Source: Victivallales bacterium (lineage in GTDB: Bacteria; Verrucomicrobiota; Lentisphaeria; Oligosphaerales; Oligosphaeraceae). Taken from it: a stretch of 64,000 nt of DNA. The notes below the pieces were generated by a model, which did no database searches, had not been told where the DNA came from, and was given only the letters and a program-made list of their open reading frames with translations. The stretch spans positions 26,218-90,217 of the forward strand of contig JAFZWH010000093.1 of the NCBI GenBank assembly GCA_017617415.1, in the 5' to 3' direction. The translations under genes were made by a program, and so were the position numbers. Shown here piece after piece: positions 25,697-34,841 of this stretch. The number at the start of each line of letters is the position of its first letter. Position 1 is the stretch's first letter.

Positions 25697-26289
25697 AGGC
25701 ACTTGTCTCCGCCACTCCATTCACGCTGATCGTCAAGAACTCGCGCTTTATCGCCGAGCTCTTGACGGCGGACTCTGCAGAAGTGGCACGAGCACTCCTG
25801 ACCACCCAGCGAGAAAAATACCCCGATGCCTCGCATGTGGTTCATGCACTATCAATTGGTCCCACCGCCGGGGTGCTGGGATGCTCCGATGACGGCGAAC
25901 CTGCCGGCACCGCCGGGCGGCCGGTTCTGGAGATCCTCAAGGGATCTGGCACCACCAATGTCTTGCTGACAGTCACTCGCTGGTTCGGCGGGACCAAATT
26001 GGGGACCGGCGGGCTGGTCAAGGCGTATGGCGATGCCGCGAAGGGCGTGCTGGCAACTGCGGTCACCTGCGAGATTGTCGATATGGCGCAATTCGCTTTT
26101 ACCCTGCCATACCCCATCCTGGAGGCCGGCAAACGACTGCTGCGTGACAATGCCTTCGTCATCCGGACGGAGACCTATACCCCCGAAGGAGACGCCATTC
26201 AAGGTGAACTTCCAGCCAGTCAAGGGGATGCGCTCATGCGCCTTCTTGCCGACCTCTCCCGCGGACAAATCGCCATCGAACGAAAATGA
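25693..26289 (+). CDS. yigZ: YigZ/IMPACT-family protein
   Basis: KNSRFIA, DDGEPAGTAGRPVL and TRWFGGTKLGTGGLVKAY are hallmark UPF0029 motifs. Confidence 0.85.
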   Translation: MKALVSATPFTLIVKNSRFIAELLTADSAEVARALLTTQREKYPDASHVVHALSIGPTAGVLGCSDDGEPAGTAGRPVLEILKGSGTTNVLLTVTRWFGGTKLGTGGLVKAYGDAAKGVLATAVTCEIVDMAQFAFTLPYPILEAGKRLLRDNAFVIRTETYTPEGDAIQGELPASQGDALMRLLADLSRGQIAIERK

Positions 26290-26446
26290 ATGGTCGCCCC
26301 GGTGGAGAATTTCCGAGGATTTCCTGCAAAAATATGCGCCTTGTACTGGAAATTCCTCGAAAATCTATTACTGTACAAATAATTCTATCATTTCCTAGAA
26401 AATTCTTGGATTTTTCCGGCGGCCGCCCGGATTTTTCTGCATTGCC

Positions 26447-28012
26447 ATGACCACCCTGACCGTTGATAGCCATGTCTTCAGCAAGCTCATTTATGAGCGC
26501 TCGGTGATTTTGGTGTCCACGGCGGATCGAATGCTGACCGGTGGGGCGGAAGCCTTCCAGCTTACTAGGCCGCTTCTGGGCGTGCTGCTCCAGGAGTCTA
26601 CCCAACTGGAAGAACTATTGGATGCATACGGCGCACGTATCAACCAGCAATGGTTCCCCTTCCGGCTGCATGTGGCTACTATTAAGAACTTCAGTACCGC
26701 TGGCTACGAGCTGCTGCACCTGCGGTCCACCATCCAGAATTATGACTTCCAGGGCACGCACCCGCATTTCCGTAGTGCCACGGAAGACGCCATCGATTTC
26801 GTGGCTTCTTTCATCTTCTGCTCGCTCCATGGATTGCTGGAAGATACCAAGCAATTTGGATGGCCGCCGCCTGAGGCGCTTCATGGATATGACTTTACCG
26901 AGAATCTCCCGGCCGGCCGGCTCCCTAAAAATCGCACTATCACCAGCCCCACCTCCGCCCAGCAGCTGGTCATCAACCTCGCGACCGATTTCCTCAACAA
27001 CACCGAGGATGCCAAATTCCTTGACAATGCGGACAAATGCCGCGCCCCCGACTGGAATGGGCTCAACTTCGACCTCCTTACCGAAACCACCTTTCTCATT
27101 CTGGAGGGAAAGTTCCACACCATGCAGTCGCTATACGACACCTATATTTCATTCAGCGACATTGAGGGCGCGGACACCTCTTTGCGTGCTCTGCGCGGAC
27201 ACATCAGCGTGGTGCTCCACCTCCTGAAGATCGCGACGATTTTTATCCATTTCTACGAGCGCCACCTCAAGGTGCAAAGCCATGAGCTCTTTTGCCACGA
27301 ACACTGCGTGCTGGAAGGGAATTGGTATATGGAGGTGCTTACCCACTACCTCTGCCATTACGCATACGAATTCCTGACCAGTGCCCGCGGACTGTGCCAG
27401 CACATGCTGCAACACTATGCGGTCATTGAGACCCGCGAGGTGCCTGTTCCACCCTACTTCGGTTTCCACGTGCGACCTTCCGCCCTGGTCTCTGCCATTG
27501 TACGTCACTACGGGGGAAAAGTCATGCTAATCCTTGATCGGGAGTATGATGCAGGAGCACCGATGAATCTTTTCCTTGTCAACGAGTGGGTGAATCAGCT
27601 TAAGCGCCAGCACGTCGGAGAGGAACTACACAAGATGGACGAGCTTCTACGGGAGACACAGACGCAGCTCGACAGTGGCAAAATCACAAAAGTCACTGCC
27701 GTACGCAATATCATACGTGCGCTGGCGCAACACGATGTCATCAACGTCCTAAAATACCCGTTGAATGTCGAACCCATCATCAATAGCTCCAGCGCACCCA
27801 CTCTGCTGGAACTCATGCAGACTATCGTGGCAACCTTGCTGGCCCAGCGTGAACTCAATATCATCTACCCTATCAAAGTCAAGTTCCGCGGTGATGCACG
27901 AGTTCTTAAGGACATTGAAATCCTCGCCGCTAACGGCTATGGGGAAAACGAGACGGGCTCCAACATCCCGTTGCCGCCGGAACTTACCTATTTGACCTTT
28001 TCGCGAGGATAA
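26447..28012 (+). CDS. Hypothetical 521-aa protein with C-terminal interrupted HPr-like domain
   Basis: Residues ~330-380 (PYFGFHVRPSALVSAIVRHYGGKVMLILDREYDAGAPMNL) match the HPr N-terminal half, including the active His. Residues ~476-500 (IKVKFRGDARVLKDIEILAANGYGE) match the HPr C-terminal half. About 90 aa are inserted between them. The N-terminal ~330 aa are unrecognised and His/Cys-rich. Confidence 0.55.
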   Translation: MTTLTVDSHVFSKLIYERSVILVSTADRMLTGGAEAFQLTRPLLGVLLQESTQLEELLDAYGARINQQWFPFRLHVATIKNFSTAGYELLHLRSTIQNYDFQGTHPHFRSATEDAIDFVASFIFCSLHGLLEDTKQFGWPPPEALHGYDFTENLPAGRLPKNRTITSPTSAQQLVINLATDFLNNTEDAKFLDNADKCRAPDWNGLNFDLLTETTFLILEGKFHTMQSLYDTYISFSDIEGADTSLRALRGHISVVLHLLKIATIFIHFYERHLKVQSHELFCHEHCVLEGNWYMEVLTHYLCHYAYEFLTSARGLCQHMLQHYAVIETREVPVPPYFGFHVRPSALVSAIVRHYGGKVMLILDREYDAGAPMNLFLVNEWVNQLKRQHVGEELHKMDELLRETQTQLDSGKITKVTAVRNIIRALAQHDVINVLKYPLNVEPIINSSSAPTLLELMQTIVATLLAQRELNIIYPIKVKFRGDARVLKDIEILAANGYGENETGSNIPLPPELTYLTFSRG

Positions 28013-28827
28013 AGGTTGGCATCGACGATTGACGCGGTGGACTCCGAGCCTGACGATTGACGCCTTTCATACCATATAGCATAGGTTTGACTGCAGAGGT
28101 CCAATGACCACAACGGGTCACCTTCATGGTCAAGTCCAAGATAACGGCTATAGGAATATTGTCCACGTTTTCGCAGACGTTGCTTCAAAAGGCGTATTTC
28201 GTTCTGGGTTCCTAACGCAAAATGACCGGAATACTTGACACTGTGGCTGGCCGCAACTATCGCTCTTCGCCCCTGTTGACGTTCCATCAGTTTCCGCTGC
28301 CAATCCAAGAACTCTTTGATGGACTGCATTTTGAGTGTATTCACAAGTAGCGCACGATCCACAATGGATACTTCGGCATCGCAATTTTGCAATTCATGGT
28401 AGGAACAGTATTTCCAGTGAATTGGATCCATGCCTTGTTGATGGTTGAGGGCATTTGCATCAATATAGGATATGACATTCTTGAAATGTGATGATGTGCC
28501 GATATGCGTAGAAGAAAATCGGTCGCGCCAAAAGTGCCCTTTTATCCCATTTACTCGGTTGAAGTGCTGGGCCATCCGGCCAGCCAGAGATTGCATTGCA
28601 CGACTGACCCGAGTAACATCGGCTCCGACTTTGACCAGTAAGTGAATATGGTTCTTCATAATGCAATAACCAAGAACAAGCAGACCGAATTTTGCAATGA
28701 CCTCCTTGAGCAACCAAAGATAGTATTCACGCATTTCTTCACTCTCGAACAGAAATTTCTGCCATTCGCATTGCTGGGTGATGTGGATGAAACTCTCGCT
28801 TTGCAGATTGCGCGCACGTCGTGCCAT
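27988..28827 (-). CDS. IS200/Y1-transposase-like protein (RAYT-like)
   Basis: HUH motif NHIHLLV, a GHFWRDRF block and a Tyr motif YIDANAL, as in REP-associated tyrosine transposases. There is an extra ~100-aa C-terminal extension. The gene is AT-richer than its surroundings. Confidence 0.7.
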   Translation of the reverse strand: MARRARNLQSESFIHITQQCEWQKFLFESEEMREYYLWLLKEVIAKFGLLVLGYCIMKNHIHLLVKVGADVTRVSRAMQSLAGRMAQHFNRVNGIKGHFWRDRFSSTHIGTSSHFKNVISYIDANALNHQQGMDPIHWKYCSYHELQNCDAEVSIVDRALLVNTLKMQSIKEFLDWQRKLMERQQGRRAIVAASHSVKYSGHFALGTQNEIRLLKQRLRKRGQYSYSRYLGLDHEGDPLWSLDLCSQTYAIWYERRQSSGSESTASIVDANLYPREKVK

Positions 28828-29096
28828 ATGACCTCCTTTTATTACGAGACTGCTTTAGGCAAATTCGTCACCTTAGTTATTGCAAACCAGACCATCTATA
28901 GGTATCCATTCTGGTAAGAATCAAAACAATGATTGATTAGCCAAATGAATGGACTACCGCAAAAAGTGGGCATTTGGGAAAACTATATCTTTCCCCTTGA
29001 AAAAAGCTATTTGCTCCAGCGCAAATCTCTGAAATTGAGAATCGTTATAAATTTATATATAAGCATTGGAGAAATTATAAAAACAGCAATGGCTTG

Positions 29097-29291
29097 GGGA
29101 CAGACGCAAGGAGCCAGTCGTTTCCCATGGGGACAGACGCCAAAATATGGCGACAGACAACAGGTGGGGATAAACCTCGAAATAGACACCGAAAACATCA
29201 ATTTGTCTCAGCATCCTATCTCTCTCAATCGTACCAAGTTGAGATAGGGACAGACATCGAAAGGGGAAAGGACGAAATAAGGGGGACAGAC
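29097..29291 (-). repeat. Array B of decamer GTCTGTCCCC (read as GGGGACAGAC on plus strand; 5 copies plus degenerate ones)
   Basis: Plus-strand GGGGACAGAC at 29097, 29129 and 29282. GGCGACAGAC at 29149. AGGGACAGAC at 29246. Weaker AATAGACACC-type copies occur near 29181 and 29299. Confidence 0.9.
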
Positions 29292-29458
29292 GCCCCAAAA
29301 TAGACACCCCAAAATAGCATGAATAACATAGGGCGGTCTTTCCGCACAATATGTTTGCTCCATGCGATAAAGTTGTCCAAAGTTGTCCAAAGGTTTCTAA
29401 AATTATGCTATATTATACAAATTACAACAGTTTTGTCTATTTATAAGGAAAAACAACT

Positions 29459-31555
29459 ATGAATCGTACTGTTACTTTGGACAAAGTCCGAAATATCGGC
29501 ATTATGGCGCATATCGACGCGGGCAAGACGACCTGCACCGAACGCATTCTTTATTATACGGGGCGCACGCACAAGTTGGGCGAGACGCATGACGGCTCGG
29601 CGACGATGGACTTCATGCCGGAGGAGCGCGAGCGCGGCATCACCATCCAGAGTGCGGCCACGACCTGCGTCTGGCACGAGAACATGATCAACATCATCGA
29701 CACTCCCGGCCACGTGGACTTCACCGTGGAGGTCGAGCGCTCGCTGCGCATCCTGGACGGCGCGATCGGGCTCTTCTGCGCGGTCGGCGGCGTGGAACCG
29801 CAGTCCGAGACGGTCTGGCACCAGGCCACCAAATACAACGTCCCCCGCATCTGCTTCGTGAACAAGATGGACCGCACCGGCGCGGACTTCTTCGCGGTCG
29901 TGGAGCAAATCCACGATGTGCTGGGCGCCAATGCAGTGCCAGTCTGCATCCCGATGGACCAGGGACCCGATTTCCACGGCATCATCGACCTGGTCAAGAT
30001 GTGCCAGGTGCGCTATGTCGAGGACCCCAAAGGCACCTATCCCGTGGACGAACCGCTTGCGGAAGATTACCGCGACTACGCCGAGAAGTGGCGCAAATAC
30101 CTCATCGAGGCCGCCGCCGAACTTGACGACACGCTGATGGACAAGTACCTCTCCGACGAACCCATTGAGGAGTCCGAACTCATCGCGGCCGTCCGTCAGG
30201 GCACCCACCAGCAGAAAATTTTCCCCGTGCTCTGCGGAACCGCCTTCCGCAACAAGGGCATCCGCAGGTTGCTCAATGCGGTGGTGGACTACCTCCCCAG
30301 CCCGCTCGACCTCCCCGCCGCCACCGGCACCCTCCCCGACGGCTCGACCGCCGAGCGTCCTGCCGACGACAATGCGCCAACCACCGCGCTGGCCTTCAAG
30401 GTCGTCAGCGACAACGCCGTGGGCAAACTGGTCTATGTGCGCGTCTATTCGGGCAAACTCGAATCGGGGACCTATATCTACAACTCCACCAAGAAGAAGC
30501 AACAGCGCATCGGGCGCATCTTCCGGATGCACGCGAACCACCAGGAGATCATCGACACCCTTTTCGCGGGAGAAATCGGCGCACTCGTCGGGCTTGCGGA
30601 CACCGTGACCGGCGACACCCTCTGCACCGAAGACGCCCCCATCGCGCTGGAGAACATCTCCTTCCCCACGCCCGTCATCTCCATCGCCGTCACTCCGAAG
30701 TCCCATGCGGACCGCGACAAACTGATGATCGCCTTGGGCAAACTCGCCGAAGAGGACCCCACCTTCACCGTGCGCGTGGATCCCGAGACCGAGGACACTG
30801 TGATTTCGGGCATGGGCGAACTGCATTTGGACATCATCCTCACCCGCCTGAAGCGCGAGTTCAAGGTCGAGGTCGTCTCCGGTGCCCCTGAAGTCGCCTA
30901 CCGTGAGACCATCGGCAAGAAGTACTCCCACGAAGAGCGCCTCAAGAAGCAGACGGGCGGTCATGGGCAATTCGCGCACATCCTCTTTGACATCGAACCG
31001 CAGGAGCCCGGCGCGGGCTACGAGTTCGTCAACGAGGTCAAGGGCGGCGACATCCCGAAGGAATACATCCCCGCCATTGAGAAGGGCTTCAAGGAGGCGA
31101 TGGAGGCTGGTCCCAAGTGCGGATGCCCCTGCGTGGACTTCAAGATCACCCTCACCGATGGCTCGTTCCACCCTGTGGACTCCTCCGAGATGGCCTTCCG
31201 CGCCTGCGCGGTCGCGGGCTTCAAGACCGCCTTCGCGAAGGCCGACCCCGTGCTGCTGGAGCCGATCATGAAACTCACCGTTTCCACACCGGAGGAATAC
31301 GCCGGCTCCATCACTGGAAACCTCTGCGGGCTTCGCGGGCAGGTTCAGGGCATGGAGAAGGTCGGACGCAACCAGCAGATTCACGCGCTCGTTCCCCTCT
31401 CAAACCTCTTCGGCTATACCAGCATCCTGAGAAATATGACCCAAGGCCGCGCCGGCTTCAATATGGAATTCGCCTACGATGCGCCCGTGCCCGCCGCTAT
31501 TGCCGAAAAGGTCGTCGAAGAACGCCGCAAGCAACGCGCCGCGCAAGGCAAATAA
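29459..31555 (+). CDS. fusA: Elongation factor G
   Basis: 698 aa with [17 protein letters not shown] and NKMD, plus full EF-G domain-length collinearity. It stands alone, with no rpsL/rpsG/tuf neighbours. Confidence 0.95.
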   Translation: MNRTVTLDKVRNIGIMAHIDAGKTTCTERILYYTGRTHKLGETHDGSATMDFMPEERERGITIQSAATTCVWHENMINIIDTPGHVDFTVEVERSLRILDGAIGLFCAVGGVEPQSETVWHQATKYNVPRICFVNKMDRTGADFFAVVEQIHDVLGANAVPVCIPMDQGPDFHGIIDLVKMCQVRYVEDPKGTYPVDEPLAEDYRDYAEKWRKYLIEAAAELDDTLMDKYLSDEPIEESELIAAVRQGTHQQKIFPVLCGTAFRNKGIRRLLNAVVDYLPSPLDLPAATGTLPDGSTAERPADDNAPTTALAFKVVSDNAVGKLVYVRVYSGKLESGTYIYNSTKKKQQRIGRIFRMHANHQEIIDTLFAGEIGALVGLADTVTGDTLCTEDAPIALENISFPTPVISIAVTPKSHADRDKLMIALGKLAEEDPTFTVRVDPETEDTVISGMGELHLDIILTRLKREFKVEVVSGAPEVAYRETIGKKYSHEERLKKQTGGHGQFAHILFDIEPQEPGAGYEFVNEVKGGDIPKEYIPAIEKGFKEAMEAGPKCGCPCVDFKITLTDGSFHPVDSSEMAFRACAVAGFKTAFAKADPVLLEPIMKLTVSTPEEYAGSITGNLCGLRGQVQGMEKVGRNQQIHALVPLSNLFGYTSILRNMTQGRAGFNMEFAYDAPVPAAIAEKVVEERRKQRAAQGK

Positions 31556-31603
31556 CCTGGGAATGTATTGTAAGACATTCGTGGGGGTGGTATATTATGC
31601 TTT

Positions 31604-32119
31604 ATGCGTTTCAATCCGAAAAGTCTATATGCCGTCCTGCTCTGCGGAGTGCTTTTTCTGAGCGGTTGCGATGATTCGCACGAGAATCGTATGGCGTGCA
31701 TAGCCGGCAACATGTCAAACACACAGCGTGCTTTGCAGGACATCGCGGAGGAGCATGACGGCATCCTCCCGACGGCTGACAATTGGCGGCAGACAGTCCT
31801 TGACTTTCTAGGTCCAGACTGGAACGACATCACTATATGTCCAATAGATGGCTCGCCCTACCAATATTACGGGAGTGGAGTTAACCTGAAACAGTATGAC
31901 GACCCGCTTGATATGCACAATCGGATTCTACTGGTCTGCCCCCGCGAACACTGCCGCAATCAACTGCATGTCGTTTTCGTCGATGGACATTGGTCATATG
32001 TTCCCAAGGAATTGGTGAAAAAGGCTGTGCAGGAATGCGCATCAGGACAACTTCCCCGCATGAACCCGCCAACCGAGGAATTGCCCACCACGGAAATCAT
32101 CAATTGCGGGGATGAATAA
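31604..32119 (+). CDS. Hypothetical lipoprotein
   Basis: 171 aa with a signal peptide and lipobox (LFLSGC). No family was recognised. Confidence 0.55.
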   Translation: MRFNPKSLYAVLLCGVLFLSGCDDSHENRMACIAGNMSNTQRALQDIAEEHDGILPTADNWRQTVLDFLGPDWNDITICPIDGSPYQYYGSGVNLKQYDDPLDMHNRILLVCPREHCRNQLHVVFVDGHWSYVPKELVKKAVQECASGQLPRMNPPTEELPTTEIINCGDE

Positions 32120-32146
32120 GCGCGTCCCCACGACATCGCGTTTCAA

Positions 32147-33037
32147 TTATTCCAGAACAATATCGTCGGTGTTCCGGAACTGTCGTTTCACGCCGAGTTC
32201 CTGCATCCAGCATTTCACATAATTCGTCTGCCAGGAACCAGAGCCGGGGCCACCGCCGTTGTCGTTGTCCCACAGCCAGTTCGGCGTCTGCCAGATGGCG
32301 ATTTCGGGCGCGACCTTCTCGTAGAACTGGCGGCTGGCGCCGTTCTGACCGTGGTGGGAGAGGACCACGATGTCAGCCTTGAGGCCGTCGCCATATTCCT
32401 CCACCAGCACGTTGGCCATCTCCACGCCGATGTCGCCAGGGAAAATCAGCCGCCGCCCGCCCAGCCGGAGCGAGAAGACCAGGCTGGAGTTGTTGCAGGA
32501 GTTCGGAGTCATATTCAAGTCGTAGAAGTTCAGGACGTCGATGGCGGCGCCGTCAACCTCGAAATGGTCGCTCTTGCGGAGTTCGACCTGTGACCAGGGC
32601 AGCGCGGCCACGCCCGTGCAGACCGCGCGAGTCTCGTCCTTCGACCAGGTCTCCGTCTCGGCCAGCCACTGCTGAGGCGGGAAGGCGTAGAGGACTTTCG
32701 CGATTTTCAATGCGTCCGGGCGTTTTTTGGCGAGTTCGATGATGGCTCCGCAGTGGTCGTCATGCGCATGGGAGAGGAACCAGTAGTCCACCGTGTCGCC
32801 GTATTGCAGGATGACCTCGGCGAGATGGTCGGCGTCGGCGCTGTGACCGCCGTCAAAGACAATCACATGGCGGTTGGGAGTCACCGCCACCACCGACTCC
32901 ATGATGGAATTCCGGGACGACCTGGGGAAAATCATCCGCACGCCGTCCGAAAAGTATTTCACGGCGGCGGGTTCGGCGGAATGGCAGAGGCTGACCGTCA
33001 GGCACATGGCAAGGATGGAAATGAAGATTTTATACAT
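32147..33037 (-). CDS. Secreted MBL-fold metallo-hydrolase
   Basis: Signal peptide, HxHxDH motif (SHAHDDHCG) and a later SHHG motif. Confidence 0.8.
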   Translation of the reverse strand: MYKIFISILAMCLTVSLCHSAEPAAVKYFSDGVRMIFPRSSRNSIMESVVAVTPNRHVIVFDGGHSADADHLAEVILQYGDTVDYWFLSHAHDDHCGAIIELAKKRPDALKIAKVLYAFPPQQWLAETETWSKDETRAVCTGVAALPWSQVELRKSDHFEVDGAAIDVLNFYDLNMTPNSCNNSSLVFSLRLGGRRLIFPGDIGVEMANVLVEEYGDGLKADIVVLSHHGQNGASRQFYEKVAPEIAIWQTPNWLWDNDNGGGPGSGSWQTNYVKCWMQELGVKRQFRNTDDIVLE

Positions 33038-33086
33038 AACTATTTATATATAAGCAAGTTATGTAGATAGCACGGCCGATGCGGTC

Positions 33087-33800
33087 TTATTTCCGTTTGC
33101 CCATCAGTCTCACCAGATAGAGGAAGAGATTGATGAAGTCCAGATAAAGTCCGAGAGCCGCCAGGACCGCCAGCGTGCCATTTCCGTTGCTGGCCGCGCC
33201 GAAGCGCCGGATCTGCTGGCTGTCGTAGGCGACCAGTCCGGTGAACACCAGCACGCCGATGCAGCTAACGACGAACTCCATCGTCTCGCTGCGCAGGAAG
33301 ATGTTCACGATTCCAGCCAGAATCAACCCGAAGAGCGCCATTATGCAAAGACTTCCCATGGAGGTCAGGTCGCGTTTCGTGAACGTCCCGTAGAGGCTCA
33401 TCACTCCGAAGATACCGCCGGTAACGGCGAATGCCCCCGCCAGCGACTCCTTGGTGTAAACCAGGAAAATCACGGAAAGCGTGAAGCCGTTGAGCGCCGC
33501 ATAGAGGAGCATGGCCAGTTCCGCCAGCAGCGCCGGCAGTTTGTGCGCCAGAAAATTCAGCGCCAGCACCACCACGAGTTCTGCAATCATCGCGGGCCAC
33601 ATCCACGCGACGATCTTCTCCGGCGAAAGCGTAGTGACAGTCCACCACGAACAGCCTGCCGTGACCAGCAGCGCAAAGCACATCAGGGCATAGACCTTGT
33701 TGACAAACGAGGTCACGGTCGCCGTGCGCTCCGGCGCCATGCCGAACTCGTCGTAGTTTTCGACATTCTGCTGGTATTCTTCAGGAATCTGGATTTTCAT
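33087..33800 (-). CDS. Bax inhibitor-1/YccA family membrane protein
   Basis: 237 aa with 7 TM helices and the family-typical C-terminus (LYLDFINLFLYLVRLMG). Confidence 0.85.
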   Translation of the reverse strand: MKIQIPEEYQQNVENYDEFGMAPERTATVTSFVNKVYALMCFALLVTAGCSWWTVTTLSPEKIVAWMWPAMIAELVVVLALNFLAHKLPALLAELAMLLYAALNGFTLSVIFLVYTKESLAGAFAVTGGIFGVMSLYGTFTKRDLTSMGSLCIMALFGLILAGIVNIFLRSETMEFVVSCIGVLVFTGLVAYDSQQIRRFGAASNGNGTLAVLAALGLYLDFINLFLYLVRLMGKRK

Positions 33801-33880
33801 GGACTTTTCTCCTTATATAAATGGAAGTGATATCGACAAAATGTAACTGTTTCCCTGCAAATTTGCGGAGATACTTACAA

Positions 33881-34567
33881 TTACACCAATTTCGCAAGAA
33901 TTCTTTCGGCGATTGCCGCCATTCCGGCATTGCCGGGATGCCCCGCTACACCGCTGTGCTCGAAGAGTCCAATCGCCTTCATTTCGTCCTGCGTGCCCAA
34001 GTCTGCAAGATGCACCAACGGCGCACCCAACTCGGTGGCGGCCTCCGCCAAAATCCGCTCTTTTTCCGCATTCGGCCAGAAGACATCCGTGACCAAGATT
34101 TTCGCCTGGTCGCCCGCAAAGAACCGCACCATCGTCACAAAATGCGGCAGTAGAGGATATTGCGCCATTGCCTCGGAACGGACATTCTCGCCAAGTCGCA
34201 CAATCACCAGGTCCGGACGCCAGTCGGCGGCCTCCTGATAAACATCGTGGAGAATCGCATCGTCCCAGAAGTTCAGTTCCCAGTCGCCAATCTGCGCAAT
34301 GCAGCCCACGGCAGGACGCTCGGCGGACAAGCCCTTCAGAACCAAATGCACATAGTCGTGCTCGGGGTCTGAGGCCGCCATTCCGCAGTCGCCACGCAAC
34401 CAGCCAATCTGCGGGCGATAGCCGTGCAAGGTAATCGAGTTGCCGACGAAGAGCACCCGGCGACCCGGAGCGTCTTTCGGCTGTAAAAAGAAGACATGTT
34501 TATCGTCCACCATCTGGCGGGCGGCGGGAACCGTGTTTTCTGCTTCGTAATTGCGTTCTGGAGTCAT
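33881..34567 (-). CDS. SGNH/GDSL-like hydrolase
   Basis: GNSIT block I, LGENV block III and a C-terminal GHPG block. The start is set to ATG 34567 because the ORF-track GTG start at 34687 lies inside tRNA-Pro. Confidence 0.6.
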   Translation of the reverse strand: MTPERNYEAENTVPAARQMVDDKHVFFLQPKDAPGRRVLFVGNSITLHGYRPQIGWLRGDCGMAASDPEHDYVHLVLKGLSAERPAVGCIAQIGDWELNFWDDAILHDVYQEAADWRPDLVIVRLGENVRSEAMAQYPLLPHFVTMVRFFAGDQAKILVTDVFWPNAEKERILAEAATELGAPLVHLADLGTQDEMKAIGLFEHSGVAGHPGNAGMAAIAERILAKLV

Positions 34568-34648
34568 AAGATTCTCCGATAAAGGATATATGTCCCAAAA
34601 GGGGAACATGAAAAAATCCCACGGCCTGAATGGTCGTGGGATTTCAAA

Positions 34649-34728
<80 letters not shown>

Positions 34729-34841
34729 AAAGTAATTGGATGGGAAGTGCGTTTAATGTAGCGTGTCAAACGCAAACTTCAAGCGTGCGGCGGGGAAATT
34801 CTGCGTGAAATAACCCCGCCGTTTACGATGATTTTCCCTTG

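Noticed and set aside
28933-29303. ORFs inside the decamer arrays encoding WGQT/GTD/GDR-type repeats (28933-29247, 29094-29303, 23218-23463, 23301-23489, 63539-63748, 63642-63977)
   Set aside because: Their apparent peptide repeats are simply the translated decamer. They have non-ATG or arbitrary starts, overlap each other on both strands, and lie in promoter regions of well-supported genes.
29441-31384. 647-aa antisense ORF opposite fusA
   Set aside because: It is a shadow ORF. EF-G on the plus strand is unambiguous.
34788-34821. Hairpin CGGCGGGG...CCCCGCCG after the secDF stop as an intrinsic terminator
   Set aside because: The loop is 18 nt, and no T/U run follows on the transcribed minus strand. 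It was left unannotated.
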